A stretch of 64,000 bases of DNA from Ascidiella aspersa (lineage: Eukaryota), in assembly GCA_963924565.1 (NCBI GenBank), contig OZ004609.1, positions 28,644,001 through 28,708,000 on the forward strand, in the 5' to 3' direction. The notes under the pieces are model-generated. The model worked only from the letters and a program-made list of their open reading frames with translations, was not told the DNA's origin and searched no databases. The position numbers and the translations under genes were made by a program. Position 1 is the stretch's first letter. Each line of letters opens with the position of its first letter. Of the stretch, positions 40,056 through 51,905 are shown one piece after another.

Positions 40056-40430
40056 ACTACGCTTGTGTCATCATTACAACATTCTGCCTTGTAGATCCTC
40101 TATCGCAAATCGCCTGGTATTAAGGTACACGATCTACCGCAATAACTAAGAATTACTTTGACTGGGGACGTTTGAAAATCCGGATTAATTGCCTATCCAA
40201 TGACTACAACAGCTAAGTTTCAGCACATAGTTTTGACTGCACTTGTGCCATGATTACAATATTCTGCCTCGTCTATCCCTAATGGCTGTACAAATCGCCT
40301 GGTCCTAAGGCACCAGCTTGCTATACAGTCATAACCAAAAACTATTAAACACGAATAACGATATAGAAATCGGGACTAATTGCCTGTCCAATAGGAAATC
40401 TGATTACAGCAGCTAAGTTTCATCACATAG
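40056..40430 (+). repeat. Diverged tandem duplication, two units of about 180-195 bp
   Basis: Shared blocks CTTGTG.CAT.ATTACAA.ATTCTGCCT, AAATCGCCTGGT, TAATTGCCT.TCCAAT and CAGCTAAGTTTCA.CACATAG each occur twice in the same order. Confidence 0.8.
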
Positions 40431-41970
40431 TGACACACATTTAGTGTTTTCGAATCTATTTGCGTTTTTGGTCGCGCGAATAGAGCTCGTCGCGAATTTT
40501 CAATCCAAGCGAACGAACGAAAAACAGAAATAAAGAAGGCGCCACTTGGGTGGCCGAACAAAAACATTATTCAGTACGAATAGAACGAAGGTTATACCAC
40601 GAACAGAACAAAGAAAACTGACACGTTTTTAACGTTTACGTATGCTGAAAAAATGACCCTCGACAGGTTGGCCGGGAGATTAAGAACAAAATGTGTTTCT
40701 ATTGACGAACAGGGGCGGATTTGCGGAATTACACGAAACCCAGTTCAACGTAAAACACGTAAGTCTGAAATGCGGAAATACAAACGTTTAAAGCACGGGG
40801 GCTTCACTTGAGGCTACAAAGGAAGAACTAGTTACGGTGGTTCGGTCTTTGCCCTTGCACCGTTTTCTACACCTTAACGTTACACGGAGGTTAGGCGAGT
40901 ATAGCAACACTGAAATCCATCTGTTGGATCGGGAAGGAGCGCAAAAACAACAAGTTGTTCGGGTCGGCGAGCGAACGCGATTTGGCGGGCAAACATACAA
41001 TGGCTGGTGGCGAATCGTGGATGCAGCAATGCGTTTCCAGCTTTGCTACAAACAACGCTCTCGAAGGAAAACTCTTGTTTCGAGGTACCCGGTATAACGC
41101 CGTTAAGCGAAACAACGAAAGAGAAATTAGGCGAAAAAAAAGGAGACTCGTTTTTGCGCCGGACCGAATGGCGAATTCGGAATTCCGCTGCGTTTTTACG
41201 AGTCGGGCAAAATGGCAGTTGAAGGAGGAGTGGGCGAATGGAACTTTCGCGAACAGTTTTTTCCGCGGTCGGCGAGAACGAACTAATTTCAGGCAGGCGT
41301 CGAAAAAAAGCAATTAAAAAGCAAAAGAAAACGACTGGCTGTTGGCGTTTTTGCGTCACAGCGAAAACACTGGCACCGAAAAGTACAGTACTCATATACC
41401 ACGGGTTTCGTACGAACGAAGAACAACGAATGCCAACAAAGAAAACGACCACCATAAAAGAAATAGAGAATACAAGGTTCGAAACCACTCAAATTAAGAT
41501 TTAAGCGATTTTTAAGAGATGGGTAAAACGTAGAGATCACGTTGTTTCATATATTCGCAGGTTTCATGAACAATAATTTGGAATTATCGCGGTCAGCGCC
41601 GAATTAAGTATGGTAAGAACCACAGCTTTTAAATTTTAAGCCTTGCGAGCGCGTGTTGCGCTAAAACGAAGATAAAATTAGGAAGCCAACTTGGCGGAGA
41701 ATATAAACCCGTTAGAGGTTTGGGTCCAACCTTAACCTTTTAGGACCCTTTGAGGTTACTTACACAGTTACGTCGCACGTTCAAGTTAAATAACTAAAGC
41801 ATAGGGCCCAAAGCGGAACCCTTTATCGCCCGAGCAAATATAATTAAACCCCTGGGCCGCCGAACGTACGTATTCGGTACTAAGCAAGCCTCGCTTTTTT
41901 TCGGTCAAAAAAAGAGCGAAAACAAATTTTGGGTGAAGGCCGTTGCGAGGACCAAAGCATCAGCTGCACT

Positions 41971-44900
41971 TTAATCCACGTCAACCTCGGAAAGGGCTAG
42001 TCGCGAGCGCATCTCGAACCACATGCGCTTGGCGGGCACGTATTCGAGCATGGGTAGGCGGTGAGGGCCGGTGACGGCGAACACGCACAGGCACCGACGA
42101 TCCGGGGCGGCAGCGTCGCCGTTCTCCTCGACCCCAGTGGTCCGGAGCGCGGCGTTGAGTCGCATCGTAGAGAGGAAGGGCTGTACAGGCAGCACCTGGC
42201 CTACGAAGCCCCATGTTTCGTCTTGTGGGCAAAAGGCCTCCACTTCCCAAACGTTGCGGCCTGAGAAGGGGTTGTCGACACCGCCCACCGCCCAAAGGCG
42301 CCCGTCGTGCCCTTGAACCAAGGCGTGAAAGCCGCGTTCGCACATCATGGAGGCTTGCACGTCGTTCCAGCAATCGGTCGACGGGGAGTATCGCAGCGTG
42401 CAGTTGACCGTCTCCCAGTCGTTAAACCCTCCGCACACGTAGATGGCGTCATCGCCGTGACTGGCGCCCGACGACATGTAAAGGCCCTGCGCGAACAAAA
42501 AAAGCGGGTTTACAAATAATATAATAAACTATTAATTTGCCTAATTTCGAGCTCGGTAACTGAAGCGTCCCTGGGCTACATTTGCCTTATTATGTATAGA
42601 TTTGACATTCAAGTGACACTGTTGACAAAATATGCTACCTGAATCACAGTTTACAGAAACGAGTGACTTTTAACGGGAACAGTTGTAAGTATTAAAACAT
42701 TCATTACACGAAATGCGTATTATCTGTGACCAAGCTCGTCTGTAGTCGTACTGACCGACTATAACGGCACGGATGTGCATTATTAACTTAAACTTGGGTG
42801 TAACTTTATTTTCATGATTGCTTAGCATTGTAAGGATTTCGTACAAGGAAGCTGTATGGATACAATTGTTATGATCATTTAAAAGATAGGATTCAGAATA
42901 TCTATGGTGTATTGGCAAGTGCCTGGTGGTTGTCAACCACAGCCTTTACTGCCGCTAAGCCCTTTAATTTCAAAATCGTTAAAACGCACTTGGGAATTTC
43001 CAGACCTTATTGACTGCCACGATTCACGAAACGGTCAACGTGTCCTTTAAATCGTAGCAAACAACAACTCCAAAATGGCGCCCAATATTCGTTACGTTTT
43101 CCATAGGAGTTCCCAACTCAAACGACCAACATTAACAACGATTTTTTCGCAGTTTTTACCTGCGGCAGGTCGGCCATTTTTTCCCAAACGTCGTTTCGAA
43201 TGTCGTAACGCTCACAGGAGCGGAGGGCGCCGTGTCTGTTCCGGCCACCAATGACGTAAATATGTGCGCCAAGGACGCAGGCCACGAAGTCGCCCCTCTC
43301 GACGGTCATGTCGGCCAGCCTGGTCGTGCAGTCCAGGCGAGGATCGTACCGCACCACTGTGCGCCTGTAAGGTGTAAACAGTTTCGTCATGAAGCGTAAA
43401 CTATCTTAGCAATTTAACGTTATAAAATCTACATATAAGTCCAAGTTCGGGTTCAAAACAAAATTCGAAACGGTACGTATTATGTAGGGCTAGATTTAGG
43501 CAAATGGTATGCCATCGGCGATAGAGTCTTGCATTTTGAGGCCGATTGAAACTATTTATAGAAAGAACGATTTAAACTGTGGATATAAGTCAAACTTAAA
43601 AATTCAACTATGTCACTACCCCGGCCCCAATTCCTTTGTACAACAAAGACAACGGCCGAAGCACGGCCAAATTGTCATCATCAAAATAGAATCGCTAGTG
43701 CGCATGACGATGGCGTTTACCCATTGTTGTTTATGACTAACGATTAACGCCGGGAACCCTTTGTTCGTTGTACACAATGCGCTTAACAACACAATGCGCT
43801 TGAATGTAAACTCACGTGTAACTGCAGTTCGCTTTCCGGGTCGAGCCGAGCGCGAAAAGAAAGCCGTTGTGCTCTACCACATTGTGGTAAGGGTCGCGGA
43901 TCGGCTGTTTGCACGAATCTCCGTTGTCGGTCGTCTGCACGGGCGCCGGGGCGTCCTGGATGCCAACCGTGATCCGACGAGACTGCGAAGGCAGCAGCAC
44001 CGGGTTCTGGGCAAGGACGCCGTCGATACAAGCCCACTGCGGCTTACAAGCGCGCAGCTGCGTCTTGGCGGTTTGCAGAAGCGGCTGCTCGAACACGCGC
44101 CTATGGTAGTCCAACGCGGCGCCCAAATGACGTTTGAACACCGGACCATACGCTTCAATGAAGTCGTCCTCCTCTTCACTGTTTTTGTTGTTGTTTTCTG
44201 TCGCGAATTCACGTACGCAGGACAGAATCTCGTCGGCTGGGATCAACGCGAAGCGCACCTCGGTGAGGATGCGATCTAGCTCGACGTCGTCGCACTCGGA
44301 GCGGTTGGAACAGAGCCAACGCAGGAGGACGCGGAGGATCGTGCGCTCGGCGGAGGAGCCGGACGCGTCGCCGCCCAGACGCCCGTCGGCAAGGCAACGG
44401 AGCAGATCTTCCCCGCGGAGAAGCTCAACCTCGGAGTCGTCGGCGTCCAGCTCGAGGAAGTGCTGGAAAACGCGCTCGCAGCAAGCAAGCGCAAAATCGT
44501 CCAGGGCAAGGTCGCGCGCAAGACAGGCGAGGTAGCAACAGTTGTCAGCGTTCAGCTCTTCAAGCAGGTAGGCCTGGCAGCGGTTGATTAGGGGCGCGAT
44601 CTGGTAGTAGAGGGCGACCTTCAGCAGGTCGACGGCGTCGTTAAAGTCAAGGCTCACCTCGGCGGTGTACATGAAGTCGACGACGCGTCGCAGCTGACCG
44701 GCGCCGACGCCGCGAAGCGTAACGGTGCGGTCGGCGGCCTCGCGCATATTCGACGTGAACATGGCGCGGAAGTAGTCGCTGCACGCGGCAAGGACCACCT
44801 TGTGCGCATCGCATCGGATCTCGTCGGCCACCAGGGTGACGTCACAGCAGCAGTGGTGCAGCCGAAGGTCGTTGAGCGCGCCAAGTCGCTCACCAAGGCT

Positions 44901-45236
44901 TTCACGTCGCGGCCCGGCGCAGTTGTCATCGCTTTCGTCACCGCTGTCTTCAGCTGAGGATGCCGAGGAGTAGGCTTGCTCAACGAACACGTCCTCCATC
45001 GGATAATCGACGTTGGTCACTTGATCGGTGGCAGAGGAAAGGCTTGAGCAGGAAGACCCGTCTGAAGAGGGTCGAGCGCTCATTAGTACGATCCGGTGGG
45101 CGTCTACCACGTGCAATTGGCCTGGGACCTGAACGTCGCAGAGGATGCCCACCTTCTGGAACTTGCTCATCTCGTTAAAGAGGTAGGAGGCGTGCTTGCA
45201 CTTCTCCTGCTCTTGCGATAATCCACACAGCACCAT
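41971..45236 (-). CDS. Kelch-like BTB-BACK-Kelch protein; exons 45236-43816, 43364-43160, 42486-41971 (~713 aa)
   Basis: BTB (CDVTLVADEIRCDAHKVVLAACSDYFRAMFT), BACK (ILTEVRFALIP) and Kelch repeats (VVRYDPR, IYVIGGRN, IYVCGGFN, LWAVGGVD). Junctions are in phase. An acceptor AG at 45273-45272 precedes the ATG, so the N-terminus could be longer. Confidence 0.92.
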
Positions 45237-47914
45237 TTTTGTTTGTTGTAGTTCTCTCTTCGTGTAATTCCCTGAGTGGGAATTGCAAAAGTCTAGGTTG
45301 TCATGAAATTAACTCTGCACACACAAAAAAGCAAAAGACTAGGTTAAAAAGACGCCATTTTTGGCCTGCACAAGACAAAAAAACTCACAAATACTACTAA
45401 ATAAACCAGTTTTCTAGTGCGATATAAATATGTCTGAACACGCACAAACTAGAAACTACCAGTCATTTTCCAGGCTGACAAACAACTAAATTTTAACGCT
45501 ATTTATTAACTTATGTTCACTGCGGAAGACCTTAAATTGGTTATTATAATACCAAAAATCAACACTTCGCGTCATTATCCATAACTCGTTCTCTCTTAAA
45601 ATCGCACAACAACCAACAGATGCCGGTATTTATCTCTTTCAGTTTGCAATTGCGCAAGAAATAATTGCCGCGGCCAGACGCGAGCCGCGATAAATAGCAC
45701 AGGCACAGTGCAAAGTCGCTTGCCGCGACGCTCCTTTTTTCCCGAACGTTCAGCCGTCCAATGCTGCGTGACGTATGACCTCGAGAGCGCTGTATCCTGT
45801 TGCTGGCGCTTATTCGCCGGCGATTTCTTTCTTCTGCGCGGAGAAGAAGGCTCACAAAGAGCAGCGCGGCGCGCAACGACAATAGCAAAGCGCAGTGAAC
45901 AAGGCTGGTAACCGATCCCTGTTTGACACTGCGAAAACAATGCGCGTTATACCGACCTGCTACGTCGGCGGCTAACGAGATTGCGACTCGGATGTGTTGA
46001 CCAGTTCACGCGAGTTCGCGCGAGCTTTGGCACGCGAATTCGGTCAACATGTTTTTCTATTGCGGCCATACTGATCTGACTGCTGCGTTTCGCTCCGCTA
46101 CAAACTTCTAAAATCGCCCACCGCAAAAGAGATAACCGTCGTATATAAACGAATCTAAAGCTATCAAGCCTACTGGTTTGGCGTTTTAGTTAGACGAATA
46201 GGAATACCAAAGTCCATCATGTTGAAAATGAATCAAACGTTATTTTTATTCGAAACGTTTAAAATGTTACCTACTTCTATAATATAAATGTATTATATCT
46301 ATATTATGTATTATATGGGCTTCCATATTTCTACAAAAGCTTTCGACATCAGCTTGTAACCCAACGCCTGTACACTTGAGCGCCCGTTCGAGGCGGGACA
46401 AAGCAAACATTGCAAGGACCGACTGCAATCTCCTGCACAACGCCTTGCTGCCGGCTTTCCGATCGACTTAGTTTGCGAGACGCGGCACGCTGGCGACGCG
46501 TGATCGGTGCGTGATCAGCGAGCGGACTTATCCATGAGCTCAGCACCATCTGCCGGGCTGTGGCCGCCAGACCTATTTTGGTTTTACTGTCGTTTTGCCA
46601 CACATACATAGACTTACAGGGAGGGCGCGCATGAGGGGGACATATAGGCAATAAAAACATGACTAAATGCGCTTGCCTATTACACGAAGCCGGTATTCCC
46701 ATTATGTGCCATAATCAACGAAGTTTTGAGACCTCTGATGCACTGTTTCTGCACTAATTCTTCAAAACGTTTAGTCACAAGACAACTACCTTACAAATCA
46801 ATCAGGGCAATAAATATCGAACGAAAATCCACTAGGTTCAATATGAACAAATAACCGTGTACTCGAACTCAGAAAGGTCAGCTAACAGAATTGTACTGAC
46901 TCGGCTTAAGCTTTGGTTAACCATTAACAACAACCTGCCTTCTCGGGATTAGCTTGTCTGTCTCCTGCTGCTTAATAACATAACCAACTGCACTTCAACA
47001 TGCTTGCCACGCAAATGCAGTCAATGCAGTGCGACCTAATTCTCGAACAACGCATTTCCTTTGTGATGCCGGGAGTACAGCAGACTGTACTCTTATATAT
47101 ACTCGCCAAATCACAACAAAACGCGTGATTTTCCACCCGACGTTGCGTCATCCACCTTATAGCATGAATGAAATTGCTCGGACTCACGCCGGTAGCTACT
47201 GGCGAGCCAGAAATGAAAACACAGGGAACTGGTCACGTTGCGCAACAGCAACATCGCTGCACCGACGCGCTCTCCACGCACAATGCAGCCGGCTAAGCGC
47301 TTGATTTCACGCAGTTTTGCGCACGTGGTGCCGGGTTGGCACGCCGTGTGCACGCCGTGTGCACGCGGCGAACGCCTGTTCCGCGCGTTTTCGCTATGAT
47401 GCGCGATTCCGTTTTGGCGGTAAACACATTGCTTCGAGGCGCTGGCTGGTGAACCGGTCGGGTTCAGAGGTGTTGGCGATTTCAAGCGTCCATGCAAACA
47501 AGCCAGCCGTCATGCGCAGCAACACGTCCACTCTGCCGGCAAAGTGTTGATGAGAGCCAGCACTGACGTCTGAGGTGAATCGTGTTTTGAAATTACCTGT
47601 CCCGTTGAGGTTTGGAGTTTTAAAGTCGACGCGAGTTCAGAGAAACGCGATTTCTTATGTGCGTCGCAATCCGTGCGAAACAACAAGTCATTGCGACATA
47701 ACGTTTCATAAATTCGTTCTTTTAACAGTTTCAACCCGTTTTAGATCAGGATGTTATCTGTGTGTATTCCGTATCGTTAATCAGGGAAGTCTTTTCATAT
47801 TATCTCGAATACGTCAAACGTATCCGCTACATAATCGCTGATATCTTTGTTACCAGCATAAACTAGGCAACGCGTTTATTATTTTGCCATCAGAACAAAG
47901 GAGAGAAAAGTTTA

Positions 47915-48547
47915 GGCGCTGGTCTAGAATCCTACCACACTTTCGTAGACTTTATATAATATATTTGTAACATTAAATGGGTTAGGGTGCGAGGGGAACA
48001 CATATAAAGACCTAAAAGGAACAACACCTGAAGTGGAAAAAAACATAGTATTAAGACAAATGACATAATAAAACGAAATACGCAGTAATATTCACTAAAG
48101 AATAATAACTTAATCGTGTGAATAAGGCATAAACCTGTCGGAATTAGACCTAAATGGCCAAAAAATAAGCCCGAAACTGTAGGGAGAGGGTATGGGACAA
48201 TCGGGGGCCATGGGTCTGGCATAGGTAAAATGTTGTGTAGGCCTCATTCTGGTCAATTAGGTCTCATTCCGACGGTTTAGGACTTATGCCGATTTAGACG
48301 GTATTACGACCACTTATAGGTATTAGTCCTATTTCGGTCTTGTTCCGATCTGTGTTATATTCCGACGTTAAGGTTGTTCTTATATCGATATTATGCCTGG
48401 AGTCCGATGCGAGTTAACTTTTGGTTTGGGTGGGTCAGGTATTATTATTATATTTATTCTCCTATCTTTATTTCTGACTTGCAATTTCAATTTTGAAAAC
48501 TCATTTCGTTATTGTTAATAAAAGTTGTAGGAATCTAGAACAGCGCC
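47915..48547. mobile_element. Merlin-like non-autonomous element, 633 bp
   Basis: TIRs GGCGCTGGTCTAGAATCCTAC...GTAGGAATCTAGAACAGCGCC, flanks AAAGTTTA/AAAGGTTC (6/8). Shares GGGTTAGGGT and TTTGGTT..GGGTGGGTCA motifs with 31862-32123. Confidence 0.8.
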
Positions 48548-50447
48548 AAAGGTTCTATTACTTAATTAAAAAACCACCACAGACCAAAACTGCCTAAAAA
48601 TTAAGAGTTTAAAATTTCGCAAAACGTCCTAGCTAGAGAAAGATTTTGGATAAAAACTGAAATAAAAAAACTAACCAATGACATCACGAGGCGATACAAA
48701 AACTAGCTTTTTGTGAGGCTAATTGTTAAAGAAATGAGGTTTAACAAACTTTAATTTTTGTTCGTAAGTCTGCGACCCTACGTCCATGCCCACTGTAAGG
48801 AGTTTTGTGAAATTCAATACTTTTGACCTGCCTGTGCTATTCTCAATACATCTATAATAATTCGCATGTCATGTACGAAGTCGTGGCTTTGCACGAAAGT
48901 CACACGAATCTGGCATGCGCCCGTCACGGAATTTTCACGCGGTGTCTTAAGATTGGGGAAAGTTATTCTGAAGCACACATTTAAGACATCTGCAGTTACA
49001 TAACTCTGATAACAGTTATTTTGACTATCTAGTGGTGTTAATATGGAAGTTTACAACTATCACTCAAAATACAAGAAGCTAGCCAACAAGAACAAATCGC
49101 TGTCCAATTTAAATTTATGCTCGAGTACATCAGTGTTTACGCTACTTCATAAAAAACCTGGTGCTTTTCATAATGCACAGCAAGTAACCTCAAGTTATAG
49201 GCTAGACAATTTAAAAAAAATCTCTCTTTGTTCTGCTTGCTAAATTATGCGTAAGGTCTAAGCTCAAAACAGATAATTAACATTAGCACAAACTCTTTAA
49301 TATATATAAGCTCGTGTTTAATTGTTAAGAAATAAAGCAAGTGCTATAATGTACGCATAGTTCTAAAATAACTCCTTGTGACGTAACATGAAGTCAGACG
49401 TTCAGCTGCTACGCCAAAGAAATTATAACTTATAATCTCTTTGGCTACGCTTACCAATATAAGTTTTTTTATGAACTCGAGCAATAAGGCCAAAATTAGA
49501 ATAACATTATCATTAGGGCCATTTTTATTTAAACTAAAAAAAAAAAAATTTCTAACTTTATTTTTATCAAATTTCAACTTTATTTTAACCTAACGTAATT
49601 GCTTGTTTGTAGAGGCTACAGTTCTTCCGCCAGTTACCCAAAAATAATATTTTGTCGATTTCAGACCCAAACGTGATATTTTGTCGCAAAGTCAAGGTGG
49701 TATATGGATTATAAACAGTGCATCGTTTTTTTTTGGCGATATAATTAGCTTGCTTAGGCATTTTCGTATTACAGAATGTCAGTAGGCTTATTCTAAAATC
49801 CAAATTGTTGATCTTCGAAAAGACCACGTTTATGAAGATAAAGTGTTTTATAAAAAAATTTTAAATACGTAACAATAAAGAAAACAATTGACAATTTGCG
49901 ATAAAAGTTACTGCTGATCCAATTGGCATTGTGACATTTTTCCTGCTATTATGGGTTAATATGGTTTAATTGTGTCGCAGTTCCTGATTTACAATGCTTC
50001 CTCGACGATTTTTACAAAAACTACTCTCAAGAAACACAAAAACTTTGTCAAAGGCTATAATTTGACAAATTTTGCCTTATTAATAAATTTTAACTTTATT
50101 GTAAATTTTGACTTTATTTTAACCTATAAACTTCTTAGAAACAGTCCCCTAGGTGCTAAAAACAACTTTATTATTTGATTCGTGGACAGACGAGCTCCTT
50201 AAAACATTTTAACTTTATTGACTTTTGCGGGCCCTAATTATCATGTAACACAGTACTGAATTAGACCAAAATAGGACTTATACTTATTGGTCGAAATAAG
50301 ACTAAATGGCCAGAATAAGATCTAAACAGAGCAGCGGCCTATGCAAAAAAAACATCTCAATCTGATACAAAATGTCGACATTACTATTCTTACTCAAGCA
50401 AAAATGATGAAATTGAAATGTTCAATGGAACTTTTTCAGGTTATTAG

Positions 50448-51107
50448 TAGGGCAATTATTTTTTGACTTGTCAAAAAAAGTCAAAATTTTGTCAAAATTT
50501 ACATGTTAGATCAAAATTTAAAGTCAAATTCGTTCATTTTTTTCAATTTGTTGTTCAATTTAAAAAAAATAGTTTTTATTTATATTCAACGAGATTTTAA
50601 CTGTATTATATCTTAATTAGAACGATATACGGTATACGAAAGCCGGCAGAATTAATCACCCAGGCCTTTCTGATTTGGACAAAAGTATTAAAAAATATTT
50701 GTTTTATTTCGCTTGTGATTTGAAATTATCCCGTTTCCTACTTCAATTGGTCGGTCCTTGTTAATTTTCTGCAAGTATTTTTACGTTGCTTTTCAACTGT
50801 TTACACTACAATTTTCTAAATAACCAGCGTCTTGGTTTCTTTGGCATTTTTATAGTTGTTTGAGTTTTTTTGTAAATGACAAAAATATTTTCATGAGTTT
50901 TGCATAAACCCGAAAAAATAACTGATTTGTGTTGAAAAGCATGTGGTTGAAGACAGCACTTCAAACAATAATAAGCTATTTAAATCAATGTATTTCTAAA
51001 TGGTCAAAATTTGGTCAAAATAAATTATTTTTAGGTCAAAATTTGTCAAAATTTTAATTTTTCAGGTCAAAATTTCTTATTTTTAAGGTCAAAAATTAAT
51101 CGCCCTA
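50448..51107. mobile_element. hAT-like MITE, 660 bp, with GTCAAAAT subterminal arrays
   Basis: TIRs TAGGGCAATTATTTTTTGAC...GTCAAAAATTAATCGCCCTA and perfect 8-bp TSD GTTATTAG. Confidence 0.9.
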
Positions 51108-51260
51108 GTTATTAGAGTAAATTTAGCTTTAGTGTTTATAAGTTGGTAACCTCAAGTTGTCAGCCTTCTATTTTTTAATGAATTTACGTAAAGGTATTAA
51201 AAAAGGTACAGATTTCTACGTTTGATGACAAATCATTGCTAAATCCTATATTAATTTTGT

Positions 51261-51360
51261 TATCGGATCGGCACCGATATAAGCTTTGTACTAAACGACT
51301 ACCAAAACTACTGCTTGGCATCGGATATCGGCTACGATCCGATTTTATCTGACATCCCTA
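51261..51360. mobile_element. Right-end remnant of an ATCGG-motif DNA transposon
   Basis: ATCGGATCGGCACCGATA...ATCGGATATCGG...GACATCCCTA terminus. The ATCGGCACCGA motif recurs at 12691 and 54241. Confidence 0.5.
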
Positions 51361-51836
51361 GTTCTAAACACGGCGTCCAAATTTCGATTCCAGAACGGCC
51401 GATGACAGAACAGCGGCGCCAAATCGTCTCATATCCTTTCCCAAGGGCTTGAGATGTATTTAACCCATGCGGATTTATTCTGAAGAAATTAGGCCTTCTT
51501 CCGACAAGTTTAGGGTCTATTCCATGAGAGATATTATTTTATATTTAGTTAAATTATGTCGCGGGTCTTATTACTAGTGCATTATAACTTATTAGTGTAT
51601 AAAGTTTTGTTTTAGCTTTTAGTAAACGGGTAATATTTACGTCACCACGCCTCTGTAGAGGGTAGAGAGCTTATACAGTGGCAGCTTGGAGGCAGTAGAG
51701 AGACAGAATTATTCAAGATAGTTTTAAGGACAATTGTACAATCAATTTATAAATTTTGTACACTTAAATAAAAAAACTTGTTCTAGGTATAGGTTGCCTG
51801 TGATGAGACACTATTTTATCAATGGCTATTTCTTAT

Positions 51837-51905
51837 GCTTGCCATTTTTTAGAAACGTAAATCCGGGACGCATATTGAAAACTGCAAATAAACCTAATGT
51901 AGACC
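51837..51905 (+). repeat. Dispersed repeat shared with 5859-5927
   Basis: GCTTGCCATTTTTTAGAAACGTAAAT.CGG.ACGCATATTGAAAACTG.AAATAAAC.T.ATGTAGACC occurs at both loci. Confidence 0.85.

Noticed and set aside
40788-41540. Cluster of overlapping ORFs up to 202 aa
   Set aside because: No recognisable motifs or exon structure; more likely Kelch 3' UTR or intergenic sequence.
43761-45178. Antisense and alternative-frame ORFs over the Kelch exon (similar ones overlie CNGB, WSCD and hexokinase)
   Set aside because: Expected shadows of GC-rich coding sequence.
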